Source: a virus (taxonomy: Duplodnaviria; Caudoviricetes). Taken from it: a stretch of 63,922 nucleotides of DNA. A program made the position numbers and the translations under genes. Of this stretch, positions 21,425-31,436 are shown in pieces. The first letter of the stretch is position 1; every line of letters starts with the position of its first letter. The notes below the pieces were generated by a model. That model made no database searches and was not told the DNA's origin. It saw only the letters and a list, made by a program, of their open reading frames with translations. The DNA lies in the IMG/VR virus record IMGVR_UViG_3300035670_000198, positions 1 through 63,922 of that record. One strand, written 5' to 3'.

Positions 21425-22177
21425 TCAGTAAAACATAAATCTTGCGGATGTTCCGTCCCATCCAGAAACTTTCCAGTCAACTTCAATTAGTTTGTCTTTA
21501 TATGGTCTTGTGAAGTAATATGATAGCGTTTCAATATCATAATGATACATCGGTGGTTGTTTGACTAGATGTATCGTGGCTTCATTGATGTCTATAAACT
21601 TATCTAGGTGTTCTGCTCCGAAGCCATAAAGTACGGTACAGTACTGATGTAAACGATTATTATTTTGCGCTGCGCGTTGATCTACAAATGAATACTTCCA
21701 AGAATCATTCCACTCAAAGTTCAGCGGCTTCTTGAAAAAGATTTTATCTTTATTTTCTTCTGTCAATAACTTATCGTTGAAGTCATAGTAGAAATATCGA
21801 CCAGTCGCCTTGAAGATAAAGTCATATTGTTTCAACTTATCTTTATAGTTCTTATAGATAATATTCAATAGAACACTTTCGCAGAGGCTTTTGTTCTGAT
21901 GCGTATTTACAATTTCAAAACACTGAGGCGCAATTTCTTTTACAGGAATAAACTCTACGTTCTTGAAATGTAAGAACGTTGAAGCATATTCTTTGTAATT
22001 ATCCGAAGAATCAATAATGATAATCTTGGCTTTGGGGAAAGCTGAGTGGATTGAACTTACTGTGAAAATTGTTTGTCTAAATCGCTCATGTGCACCGAAG
22101 ATTGATCGCTTATCACTGTAAGTAAATCGACCATCTCTTGGTTGAATAGAAGATGTTACGACAAAAACACTATTCAT
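21425..22177 (-). CDS. Hypothetical protein, possibly glycosyltransferase-related
   Basis: 250 aa; VFVVTSSI...IIIIDSS...IFKATGRY; coupled between GT4 and the oxygenase. Confidence 0.6.
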   Translation of the reverse strand: MNSVFVVTSSIQPRDGRFTYSDKRSIFGAHERFRQTIFTVSSIHSAFPKAKIIIIDSSDNYKEYASTFLHFKNVEFIPVKEIAPQCFEIVNTHQNKSLCESVLLNIIYKNYKDKLKQYDFIFKATGRYFYYDFNDKLLTEENKDKIFFKKPLNFEWNDSWKYSFVDQRAAQNNNRLHQYCTVLYGFGAEHLDKFIDINEATIHLVKQPPMYHYDIETLSYYFTRPYKDKLIEVDWKVSGWDGTSARFMFY

Positions 22178-23171
22178 AGAAATTATTCGACGCTACTCTG
22201 AGTAGATATTGACGATGAAGTTCATGAACTTTTTCGTCTGAGAATTGTAGTCCATGTTCTCGACAATCTGCTGAACTAATCTTACCTTCTTCTAGATTCT
22301 TCAGAGCTGTTACCAATTCACTAAAACTACGAACACGATATCCAGTTTTTCCCTCATGTACGATTTCAGGGAACGCACCCCAATCCGTAGAAATGACTGG
22401 TGTGCCTGATAGATTAGCCTCAATGATCATATTGCCGAATGGCTCAACATAGTATGTCAAGCCTAACAAACCTTTGGCTTTTTTCATCAATTGTTTACGT
22501 TGTTCTGCGTCTGCTACGCCAAAGACTTCAACGTGATCTGGAATCTTATTATAACCCATGGCTTGTAAAGATCCAGGACCAGCAACAATCAATTTCTTAC
22601 CAAGTTTCTCTGTTGCTTGAATGGCAAGATGAACACCTTTCTCCTCGCAGACGCGACCGAAGTAAAGATAGTAATCTTCTTTCTGATCGTCATATTCGAA
22701 TTCTTCAATTGTAAATGGATTTGGAATCACTGCGTCGAACCAGCTTGGGCTCATCAGCATTCCGCGTTCGCCATAAAACATATGCATATTAGCATATGAT
22801 GTGAACGCTCTATATGGCGCAAAGATACCGTTAGCGCGATAACCAATTGATGGTTCTACTGGCTTACAATTTTTATTTTTCTCGCAAGCAAGTTGATTGT
22901 CTACACCAAAAAAGCAAACGATAATATCACCGTCAGATGCGCGTCGGCGAATTTCATCGCCAGCAAATTCATTGAACAAGCGAATTTCTTTTGGTAGTGT
23001 TGGGATGTCGACATGCTCGCAGTCGACTTGTGCGCCAGGAATTCCATAATGAATCATTTCGAAATGTGGCGATAGATGCTTGATGTATTTGTAGCCGTGG
23101 ACCGCAAATGGGTCAACACGATTCATCAACCCTGTTGGATTGCGCGGATTTACAAGAACATGTACTTTCAT
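22170..23171 (-). CDS. Glycosyltransferase family 4 (GT-B)
   Basis: YLYFGRVCEEKGVHLAI...EPFGNMIIEANLSGTPVISTDWGAFPEIV..GKTGY. Confidence 0.93.
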   Translation of the reverse strand: MKVHVLVNPRNPTGLMNRVDPFAVHGYKYIKHLSPHFEMIHYGIPGAQVDCEHVDIPTLPKEIRLFNEFAGDEIRRRASDGDIIVCFFGVDNQLACEKNKNCKPVEPSIGYRANGIFAPYRAFTSYANMHMFYGERGMLMSPSWFDAVIPNPFTIEEFEYDDQKEDYYLYFGRVCEEKGVHLAIQATEKLGKKLIVAGPGSLQAMGYNKIPDHVEVFGVADAEQRKQLMKKAKGLLGLTYYVEPFGNMIIEANLSGTPVISTDWGAFPEIVHEGKTGYRVRSFSELVTALKNLEEGKISSADCREHGLQFSDEKVHELHRQYLLRVASNNFYE

Positions 23172-23199
23172 AATATACTCACAAAAAAATAATCTATTC

Positions 23200-23206
23200 T
23201 ATTTAG
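23200..23206 (-). promoter_or_regulatory. Late promoter variant (CTAAATA) for the glycosyltransferase cluster
   Basis: Overlaps the stop of the 1883-aa gene. Confidence 0.6.
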
Positions 23207-26200
23207 CGCACGTCCTTCATAGTCAACGTACCCCAATACGTCGTGCCGCCATCATAAGTGATAAATGTCCACAAGTCGCGAGCATTTGCAGCAGTTGTAG
23301 CAGGAGGAATTGCTCCACCAGCCCAATATACTGTATTCGCAAACGTTGGGAATCTACCACCAGTGCCATCATTGAGCAATAGTAGTGAGAACATTTGCGC
23401 AGTTCCAGAACTTGGAGCGTTCGTAAATGTAAACGTTGTATTGCCTGTCAATGTATGGCGGAAGTAGTTAGCGTTTGACAAGTCGACAGTATTCGCTGTT
23501 GAGGTTGATGTATTGACAACCATAAAGTCTTTACTTGACTTCAACGTTGCTGTCAAATTACCGCTCATCGTCACAGAATTGTTTGATACGTTTGCAACAA
23601 GAGTTGAAGAACCAACAGTGAATACATTTCGAGTTAGATTGAACGTTAGATTGGCTGATCCACCAGTGCTTCCATTATTGTTGAAAAACACTTGAGTGTT
23701 TGATCCACCAATTGGTCCAGTTGGTCCTTGCGGTCCAGTAACACCTTGCGGTCCTTGCGGACCAGTAACACCTTGTGGACCCTGAGGACCAGTTGATCCT
23801 GCTGGACCTTGAGGACCTGCAACGCCTTGAGGACCTTGAGGACCAGCAACACCTTGCGGTCCTTGTGGACCAGGGACATTAGAAACTCCACTTGGTCCTT
23901 GTGGACCTTGTGGTCCGAATACACCTTGAGGACCTTGTGGTCCTTGTGGTCCTTGTGGTCCTTGAGGACCAACGTCGCCCTTATCACCTGTCACAGCAAA
24001 TGTGATAACAACATTTGCATTATCCGCAAACTGAGTAGTTACACCAGAGTTGTATGCAATTGGAATGTCAAAGTGATCGTTATGATCAATGTGATTTGCG
24101 ATGATAGAGAAGAATACAAAGTTTGCACTATTGGCTTCTTCTGTGATTTTGATAGTCCCTTTGATTGAACTCGTTGAGTCGTCAATCGTTTGGATAAATG
24201 ATGCAATATTTGAATCGCTTCTATCGATCACAGAAATACTCATTGTATTTGCTAATGAGAAATTAGTGTTTTCGACAACCACATAGCCATTGGCAACATT
24301 TTCTACATCAGTATCAGTATCAAACTTGTAATAGAATGACGCGCCACCAAAGTTACCAGTCTCACCTTTTGGTCCTTGAGGACCCTGCGGACCTTGTGGA
24401 CCAACGACACCCTGAGGACCTTGCGGACCAGTTGCACCTGTTGGTCCTTGTGGACCCTCAACACCCTGTGGACCCTGTGGTCCTGTATTTCCTTGTGGAC
24501 CAGATGGACCTGTTGGACCAGAGTTTACTGCAACTTTGATTACAGCTGATGAGTTGGCAACATAATATGTTTTACCAGTTGATTCGTTATGAACAAAGCG
24601 ACCAATACCAATATCCGTCCAAATGTCTCTGCTACCACTAATAATCCATGAGCCATTGTTTAGCGTATACAAGTCACCATTTCTAATATCAAAAATATCA
24701 TTTGTATCAGAAGTGAAGCCCAACACGGTGAATGTTGAACTTGCTTGAGAATATACACTAAATCCGTATGGGCTCTCACCCTTGAACTTATCGAGAATTG
24801 GATTGCTGTCCAAATCTAGCGTTAGAGTTGTGGCAGCATCAAGAGTTGTGTTACCAAGTTGTGTTGTAACAAACGTAAATTCATTACCAGTACGAGTTGC
24901 TTGAATTGTTACACCGTCTGGATAACTTGACCAACCGCCAGTAAAGGTGACATTTGCAGAACCATCAACTAATTTTACTGCATCTGATCTGAGGTAGTTG
25001 TACCAAATTTCCCAGCCAGTGATTGTACCGCCAGTATCGCGCAAGGCAGACAATGTATACTCGCGTCCAGTGTCTGGATCAACATACCAACCAACAAGAA
25101 TACCGATTGTGTCATTGTCAGCATTAGTTGATGCAAGTTTTGCCGTCAACGTATAGTCTGAATATGATTCTGGTGAAACAAATCCAAGATAAGTTCCGCT
25201 ATTTGTGGTGCTAGTGATGACGCCAGTATTTGCATCAAATGACCATGCGCTCAATTCACCAGAATTCGCTGGTTGATTTTCAGTAGCGTCGTGAGAGAAT
25301 CTTGTCCAAGTATTGAAGATCGTTGCATAATCTGTCAAAGTATTTTGAGCAGCACTCAATTCACCATTTGTTTCAATGAAGTATCCTTTGACAAGAGTAT
25401 AATCATTTTCTCTTTCGTAAGTTGCCGTGTTCGCCAAGAAAGATACTTGACCCTCAAGACCAACTGGTGCAACATTAGCAAGTTGTTGACCGTCAAGCAA
25501 GTCAGCATCAAGAGTAGACAAATGACCATCATTGCCAGCATGCCATACAGTATTACGATTGATCATCACACCATTGGCGCTGACGACATCAAAGTTGATT
25601 CTGTCATCAGCATCATTTGTCATGGTGAACGTCATTTCTGTCGCTTCACCACCAAGTGGATTCAATAACTTGATTGTTGCAGTATCGCTGCCACCACCAA
25701 ATGCGTCATTAGGGAATCTAATACCACCATTTGCTCCTGAAGCAACATTCAAGCTGCTTACATTTGCGTTATGAGTGCTGAAGAGTCTTGCCGTTGAGTC
25801 AAATGTAAGATCAGTACATCCAACTGCCGTCATGCTGCTATTATAAATGATTTGTTTGTCAGCGCCAGCAACAGGACCTGTTGGACCTTGTGGACCCAAC
25901 TCACCAGTTGAGCCGATTGCGCCTTGAGGACCCTGAGGACCTTGAGGACCTTCAACTCCCTGCGGACCTTGTGGACCCTGTGGACCTTGCGGACCATCAA
26001 CACCCTGTGGTCCTTGAGGACCCTCTGGTCCTTGTGGTCCTTGTGGACCAAATAATCCTTGTGGACCTTGAGGTCCTTGTGGACCAAACACACCTTGCGG
26101 ACCTTGAGGACCAAACAAGCCTTGTGGACCTTGTGGACCTTCTGGACCCTGTGGACCTTGTGGACCCTCAGCGCCTTGTGGACCCTGAGGACCATCAACG

Positions 26201-28854
26201 CCTTGCGGACCTTGTGGACCAACACTACCCCTATCGCCAGTTCTGCCAAATGAAACTAGAATTGCTTGATCGTTTACAAATGAACTTGAAGAACCAGTGA
26301 TGTGCGTTACATCAATCTCATAGTATCCAGTTAGATCAGTGAGATCATTGATGTTATAAAGTTCAAATGTACCAGCATTTGTCTTATCAAAGATTTTCAA
26401 ATAACCTTTGATTGTACTTGTACTATCATCAAATGCTGTCAAGAAGGTTAGAATATTTGAACCATCAGCATCAACGTTGTCAATATAAACTTTGGTTGTA
26501 AGTGTTGGAACAACATTATTGAACTTGAGTTTACCAACACCAGGGTCAGTACTTGTAACTTCATCATTGAATTCATAAGCAAAACTGATTCCACCATATG
26601 CGCCTTGCACACCTGATGGACCTGATGGACCCATTGGTCCTTGAGGACCTTGTGGTCCACGTGCACCAATCGCACCTTGTGGACCCTGTGGACCTTGTGG
26701 ACCAACTTCACCAGTAACACCTTGCGGACCTTGTGGTCCAGTTTCGCCTTGTGCTCCCTGCGGACCTTGTGGACCCTGTGGACCCTGTGGACCTTGAGGA
26801 CCTTGTGGACCAAACACGCCTTGTGGACCTTGTGGACCAACAATTAGACCAGCATCAACCCATTGTACAAGATCATCGTTATAGACATAAAGATGTCCAA
26901 TGCTTGTTACAACATAAGCGTCAGCATCATTTGCTGAGCCAGGAAGATCAGTAACATCAATTACTGTACCAAGTACATTGATGCCACCACCAGGAACACC
27001 CTGTGGACCTTGCGGACCTTCTGGACCCTGTGGACCTTGTGGTCCGAATACACCTTGAGGACCTTGTGGTCCTTGTGGTCCAACTACACCTTGTGGTCCT
27101 TGCGGACCATCAACACCTTGCGGACCTTGCGGACCTTGTGGACCAATGAATGGACCAGCATCAACCCAAACAGCTGGATGCGGACAATCGTCCCAAACAT
27201 ATAGATGACCGTCAGCGATTACAATATATGCATCGCCAGCAGTTTGGTCAGTAATTGAATTGATTAGAATTTCATAAGTTGGTACAGTGCCAACAAGACG
27301 AATGCCAGCGCCAGGAATACCTTGAGCACCACTTGGTCCTTGTGGACCTTGCGGACCAATTGCACCTTGAGCGCCACTTGGTCCTTGTGGACCTTGTGGT
27401 CCTGTGAAACCACGATCACCTTTGACGCCTTGTGGACCTTGCGGACCTGTTGGTCCACGTGAACCTTGTGGACCACGACGACCTGTTGTAGCAGTAACTT
27501 CCCAAGTCATACCGTTGTAAATGAATTCAACAGTAACGCCTCGGAGATCAAGTCTTACAATTTGATCGCTACCTTCAATGGTATTATCTAATGATTGGAT
27601 GAAGAGATTATTTGCGCCCCAATCATCACCGTCAGTAACTTGAACATAGCCACCAAGAACTGGAGTGTTTGGTAGTGTGATTGTGAATGGACCATTGACT
27701 GTTGTGTTAGCAACAATACGATCGCCATCAACTGCTGTGTAATCCAATGAGTGAACTGACCAGTGTTGTAGCGCACCGCTTGCACCTTGTGGACCTGTTG
27801 GACCAGCAACACCTTGCGGACCACGTGGACCAGCAACACCTTGAATACCTGATGGACCTGTTGGTCCCTGTGGACCAGATGGACCAGAAGCACCAACTAA
27901 ACCTTGCGGACCAGTAGGACCCTGTGGACCAGCAAAACCTCGAGGACCAGATGGACCTTGTGGACCAATGTCACCTTGCGCACCTTGAGGACCAGCAACG
28001 CCAGATGGACCTTGCGGACCAGCAACACCACGTGGACCCGTTGCACCAGATGGACCAGCCTCACCTTGTTCACCTTGCGCGCCCGACGGACCAGATGGAC
28101 CAGTAGGACCAACAGCACCAGTTGCGCCAGATGGACCTTGTGGACCACGCGCACCGCTTGGACCAGATGGACCTTGTGGACCTTCATCACCAACAGCACC
28201 AGATGGACCAATAGGACCTTGAGGACCTGCAGCACCAACCAAACCACGTGGACCTGAAGGACCTGATGGTCCAGCAAAACCTTGAAGACCTTGTGCACCT
28301 GATGGACCTTCTGGACCCTGTGGACCAGCAACACCTTGAGGACCTGATGGACCTTGAGGACCAGCAACACCACGTGGACCGCTTACGCCTTGCGGACCTT
28401 GTGGACCAGCATCACCCTTTACGCCTTGTGGACCAGAAGGACCTGATGGTCCAGATGGACCTTGCGCGCCAGCAACACCTTGTGGACCGCGAGCGCCTGC
28501 AGGACCACTTGGACCCTGTGGACCAATCTCGCCCTGAGCACCTTGTGGACCAGATGGTCCTGTGGGACCGCGACTACCAACAGGACCAGATGGACCAGAT
28601 GGACCAGAAGCACCGCGAGGACCAGAAGGACCAGAGACACCTTGTGGTCCTTGAGGACCAGCAGCACCTGAAGGACCTTGTGGACCGCCTGACGGACCTG
28701 TAGGACCGAGTCCACCTTGAGGACCTGATGGACCTTGTGGTCCTTGAGGACCAGCAGGACCACCTGCGCCGCGACCAGTTGAAACTTTTACAACTGGTTT
28801 TTGAGTTGAAACTTTGATTGTCTGGCCAATAGCCGTGCTGACATTCGCTGACAT
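23203..28854 (-). CDS. Giant collagen-like fibre protein (1883 aa), multidomain
   Basis: Extensive Gly-Pro-X runs; gp9/10-like beta domain ([20 protein letters not shown]); [16 protein letters not shown] fibre motif; lectin-like domain; C-terminal adaptor domain. Confidence 0.9.
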   Translation of the reverse strand: MSANVSTAIGQTIKVSTQKPVVKVSTGRGAGGPAGPQGPQGPSGPQGGLGPTGPSGGPQGPSGAAGPQGPQGVSGPSGPRGASGPSGPSGPVGSRGPTGPSGPQGAQGEIGPQGPSGPAGARGPQGVAGAQGPSGPSGPSGPQGVKGDAGPQGPQGVSGPRGVAGPQGPSGPQGVAGPQGPEGPSGAQGLQGFAGPSGPSGPRGLVGAAGPQGPIGPSGAVGDEGPQGPSGPSGARGPQGPSGATGAVGPTGPSGPSGAQGEQGEAGPSGATGPRGVAGPQGPSGVAGPQGAQGDIGPQGPSGPRGFAGPQGPTGPQGLVGASGPSGPQGPTGPSGIQGVAGPRGPQGVAGPTGPQGASGALQHWSVHSLDYTAVDGDRIVANTTVNGPFTITLPNTPVLGGYVQVTDGDDWGANNLFIQSLDNTIEGSDQIVRLDLRGVTVEFIYNGMTWEVTATTGRRGPQGSRGPTGPQGPQGVKGDRGFTGPQGPQGPSGAQGAIGPQGPQGPSGAQGIPGAGIRLVGTVPTYEILINSITDQTAGDAYIVIADGHLYVWDDCPHPAVWVDAGPFIGPQGPQGPQGVDGPQGPQGVVGPQGPQGPQGVFGPQGPQGPEGPQGPQGVPGGGINVLGTVIDVTDLPGSANDADAYVVTSIGHLYVYNDDLVQWVDAGLIVGPQGPQGVFGPQGPQGPQGPQGPQGPQGAQGETGPQGPQGVTGEVGPQGPQGPQGAIGARGPQGPQGPMGPSGPSGVQGAYGGISFAYEFNDEVTSTDPGVGKLKFNNVVPTLTTKVYIDNVDADGSNILTFLTAFDDSTSTIKGYLKIFDKTNAGTFELYNINDLTDLTGYYEIDVTHITGSSSSFVNDQAILVSFGRTGDRGSVGPQGPQGVDGPQGPQGAEGPQGPQGPEGPQGPQGLFGPQGPQGVFGPQGPQGPQGLFGPQGPQGPEGPQGPQGVDGPQGPQGPQGPQGVEGPQGPQGPQGAIGSTGELGPQGPTGPVAGADKQIIYNSSMTAVGCTDLTFDSTARLFSTHNANVSSLNVASGANGGIRFPNDAFGGGSDTATIKLLNPLGGEATEMTFTMTNDADDRINFDVVSANGVMINRNTVWHAGNDGHLSTLDADLLDGQQLANVAPVGLEGQVSFLANTATYERENDYTLVKGYFIETNGELSAAQNTLTDYATIFNTWTRFSHDATENQPANSGELSAWSFDANTGVITSTTNSGTYLGFVSPESYSDYTLTAKLASTNADNDTIGILVGWYVDPDTGREYTLSALRDTGGTITGWEIWYNYLRSDAVKLVDGSANVTFTGGWSSYPDGVTIQATRTGNEFTFVTTQLGNTTLDAATTLTLDLDSNPILDKFKGESPYGFSVYSQASSTFTVLGFTSDTNDIFDIRNGDLYTLNNGSWIISGSRDIWTDIGIGRFVHNESTGKTYYVANSSAVIKVAVNSGPTGPSGPQGNTGPQGPQGVEGPQGPTGATGPQGPQGVVGPQGPQGPQGPKGETGNFGGASFYYKFDTDTDVENVANGYVVVENTNFSLANTMSISVIDRSDSNIASFIQTIDDSTSSIKGTIKITEEANSANFVFFSIIANHIDHNDHFDIPIAYNSGVTTQFADNANVVITFAVTGDKGDVGPQGPQGPQGPQGPQGVFGPQGPQGPSGVSNVPGPQGPQGVAGPQGPQGVAGPQGPAGSTGPQGPQGVTGPQGPQGVTGPQGPTGPIGGSNTQVFFNNNGSTGGSANLTFNLTRNVFTVGSSTLVANVSNNSVTMSGNLTATLKSSKDFMVVNTSTSTANTVDLSNANYFRHTLTGNTTFTFTNAPSSGTAQMFSLLLLNDGTGGRFPTFANTVYWAGGAIPPATTAANARDLWTFITYDGGTTYWGTLTMKDVR

Positions 28855-28855
28855 A

Positions 28856-29191
28856 TTACTGAGTTACCTGAGGGAGAACTGTAATGATTCCTTCGACGAT
28901 TCTTGTAGTTAGATTCGCAGTATCCTTTTGTTTCACATCAAATAAGTAACGTCCAGCCTTTATATTGGAAGTTGTAGCAGAATTCATGGTAAGAGTGACA
29001 TTGCCATTCGCTGAGTCTACTATCGTGACAGTCAAATTGGCTGTCACATTTGCTGAATAGTATGATTTACGAATTGACGACGTAAAAAGATAGCCTGTTA
29101 TATTTAGAGGGCTTCCGTCGTCTTGGGTCAGATCGAGGTTATAGGAGAGATCTGTTCCCTGGTCAAGATCTAATTCTACAAATTGCGCCAT
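28856..29191 (-). CDS. Small virion Ig-like protein (BppU N-terminal-like)
   Basis: LDQGTD...IRKSY...GNVTLTM...KAGRYLFDV...[14 protein letters not shown]. Confidence 0.75.
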   Translation of the reverse strand: MAQFVELDLDQGTDLSYNLDLTQDDGSPLNITGYLFTSSIRKSYYSANVTANLTVTIVDSANGNVTLTMNSATTSNIKAGRYLFDVKQKDTANLTTRIVEGIITVLPQVTQ

Positions 29192-29215
29192 TTAGGATTC
29201 CCCATTTTATTTTCT

Positions 29216-29223
29216 TATTTATA
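29216..29223 (-). promoter_or_regulatory. T4 late promoter TATAAATA
   Basis: Exact consensus upstream of the 111-aa and 1883-aa genes. Confidence 0.85.
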
Positions 29224-29248
29224 AAACGAGGAATCCACTTCTGCAAGA

Positions 29249-30055
29249 TCAATCCCCTGTATATCTCTCCAATTTGAACTTTTTCTTGATCATATAATAC
29301 TTACGATACCAGTTCCCTTCGTAAAATTTCTTCGGCGATTTATGAGAATCTAATTGTTCAATAGTGCCTGGACCATAAGAAGCAGAAAAATCTTCAGTTG
29401 TTTTGATTGGGATAACTTGCAGCAATGGAGTTCCTGCTGGGATGGTAATATCTAATCTTCTTTTTGGGGAAAAGATCACATTTGCAGTCGTGAACTCTCT
29501 ATAATCTACAACTCCAGGATAGAGATATAGATCCTCAAGATATGGGCAGTGATAGAAAGCAGGAAGCAATAACGCAGAAACGTTTCTCTTTCCGTAGATT
29601 TTCCATGGACCTGGCATATTCCATGCAGTTGGTTTGATATCATCTTTGAATGTGAACAAACCATTTGTAACATCAGTAGCCATTGGAAATGGTTCTCTTA
29701 CTGGAAGTTCTGGTGGATGAATTTCCATTGGATTTGAGAATGGATGTGGTTTCGGTTTTGCTGCCTTATCGCCTGATGACGATCCATATCGAATCACAGT
29801 GCCTGCTTTATTTGATTTGATATGAATATCAATCCATGCTGTGATCAGATAACCCATGCGAGAGTAATCATGCATTCCAGGGCATCCTGGGAAATTATAA
29901 TTACCCTGTTCTTTTTCTTGAAACTCTTTGAAAAATGGTTTTACATCTTTCGCAAGAAGAATTGGGTAATGTGTATAGACCTGTCGACTCGAGTCAACAA
30001 ATTCTAGATCAGGAGTTTCTTTTGAAAAGAAATTGAATAACTTATTCATCTTCAT
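29249..30055 (-). CDS. DUF6065-like protein (paralog 2)
   Basis: GCPGMHDYSRMGYLI...PWKI...PGVVD...IPAGTPLLQVIPI. Confidence 0.7.
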   Translation of the reverse strand: MKMNKLFNFFSKETPDLEFVDSSRQVYTHYPILLAKDVKPFFKEFQEKEQGNYNFPGCPGMHDYSRMGYLITAWIDIHIKSNKAGTVIRYGSSSGDKAAKPKPHPFSNPMEIHPPELPVREPFPMATDVTNGLFTFKDDIKPTAWNMPGPWKIYGKRNVSALLLPAFYHCPYLEDLYLYPGVVDYREFTTANVIFSPKRRLDITIPAGTPLLQVIPIKTTEDFSASYGPGTIEQLDSHKSPKKFYEGNWYRKYYMIKKKFKLERYTGD

Positions 30056-30788
30056 GTTTTCTCTTTCTCAATTCCCAAGTATAATGATGAGTGCGTGTGT
30101 GCTGAGCCTTTTGAATCTTTTCAATGTGCTTCTTCTCAGCCATTGACATTGGACGAACTTTTGGTTTACGATTATTGAATGAACCACGCTTGACTGGAAT
30201 TGCCGTTACTAGTGGTGTTCCTGCAGGCAGACTTCCGTCAAAGTCAGGAACTAACCAAGCCGCAGGAAAATTCACTTCCTTTGGATATGCATCAGTATCA
30301 ACATATCCAGCAAGGCATCGGAAAGGTTGATCAAAATGATTCATTGGCGGGATAAACAAGGTTGACCAACCTGGCTTTGTTTTGATTACCCAACGATTGA
30401 TAAACTTGACAGGATTGCCATGCTTGAATCCCAGCGCAGCCTTACCACCAACCTGACCTGCGTCGTGGAACTCAGCAACCGTAAGTCCTGGAGGATTTAT
30501 AATCTCAATTTGTGTACAGTTGTGATTTGTTGCAACATGAAGATCGCCAGCAAGTGGAATTGTAAACCCAAGAGACATAGCGTCGAGCATCGGTAAACAC
30601 TTCTTTGCTGTCATAGTTGGATTGCCAAAAACATCTCGTTTACCAGGATCAAATGTTGGCGCAAGGTCTTTGAACCATTTCGGAAGATATTTTACAGCAG
30701 GGCGAGGTTCTGGAATTACACCATCGAAATCTGGATGACAATAAAATTCCATTACATCATTGCCCCAAAACTTGAGCAAATTTTTCAT
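30042..30788 (-). CDS. DUF6065-like protein (paralog 1)
   Basis: P.WFK...KKCLPMLDAMSLGFTIP...WVIKTKPGWSTLFIPPMNH...GYVDTD...AGTPLVTAIP. Confidence 0.78.
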   Translation of the reverse strand: MKNLLKFWGNDVMEFYCHPDFDGVIPEPRPAVKYLPKWFKDLAPTFDPGKRDVFGNPTMTAKKCLPMLDAMSLGFTIPLAGDLHVATNHNCTQIEIINPPGLTVAEFHDAGQVGGKAALGFKHGNPVKFINRWVIKTKPGWSTLFIPPMNHFDQPFRCLAGYVDTDAYPKEVNFPAAWLVPDFDGSLPAGTPLVTAIPVKRGSFNNRKPKVRPMSMAEKKHIEKIQKAQHTRTHHYTWELRKRKHEDE

Positions 30789-30789
30789 A

Positions 30790-31392
30790 TCAATGAGTCC
30801 TCTCGCCCATAACCCAGCATACTAACGATTTACGAACACCAGAGGTGACAGGCGCAACACGATGTGGCATAAATGAAGAGAAGAAAATAACTTCACCACG
30901 TTTTGGTTTTAGGACTAGTGGTTCGTTGACTCTGCCATGTGGAACTAATTGAAACTCACCACCGCCATAATCATCTGGATCAGTGAGCATGATACTAGCA
31001 CTAATTTTACGAATGTAATTGGTACTGCCAATGTCCATGTCCATGTGCCAATCATAATGTTGTTTTGTTCTGGCTTTATAGACGGTATACTGAAAATTAT
31101 CGAAACCGTCAATATTATACATGAAGTGGTCGTAATTTACTTGAGAAAGCAAACCACCAAATTTTTGAAAAATCCAGTCTGAGTTTTGATCGTGCATAAG
31201 CCACATGATATCACTATCGCGCGCTTTTTTATTCACGGATCCTGTGCTTGTGGTGCCACCGATCTGACCTCGTTGAAACTTTTGTAAGTCTTCAAGATCA
31301 ATAATCTTGTCGCATTCTTCGTCGGTGAATATTTGGTTTGTGATGCAATACTGATCTAGTTTTTTTGCATACCTTTGCACTTTGAATGGCAT
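30790..31392 (-). CDS. 2OG-Fe(II) oxygenase, prolyl-hydroxylase-like
   Basis: FTDEEC...FQYTVY...YDWHMD...RKISASIML...YGGGEF...MPHRVAPVTSGVRKSLVCW (HxD...H...RxS intact). Confidence 0.92.
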   Translation of the reverse strand: MPFKVQRYAKKLDQYCITNQIFTDEECDKIIDLEDLQKFQRGQIGGTTSTGSVNKKARDSDIMWLMHDQNSDWIFQKFGGLLSQVNYDHFMYNIDGFDNFQYTVYKARTKQHYDWHMDMDIGSTNYIRKISASIMLTDPDDYGGGEFQLVPHGRVNEPLVLKPKRGEVIFFSSFMPHRVAPVTSGVRKSLVCWVMGERTH

Positions 31393-31429
31393 AACAACTC
31401 CACATTTTGCAGAATAAACAATTATACTA

Positions 31430-31436
31430 TATTTAG
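31430..31436 (-). promoter_or_regulatory. Late promoter variant (CTAAATA) for the oxygenase/DUF6065 genes
   Basis: Overlaps the stop of the 884-aa gene; GGAG SD downstream. Confidence 0.6.

Noticed and set aside
21415-21486. Upstream start for the DUF6445-like ORF
   Set aside because: Overlaps the preceding gene; a better ATG with SD lies at 21414.
14169-28763. Many alternative-frame ORFs (LWTLRT, VDLVDL, HKVHKV types)
   Set aside because: Shadow translations of collagen repeats with no start signals.
13800-28770. Dense ggacc-based DNA repeats resembling a CRISPR or satellite array
   Set aside because: They are in-frame Gly-Pro-X codons inside long ORFs, with no constant repeat and unique spacer structure.
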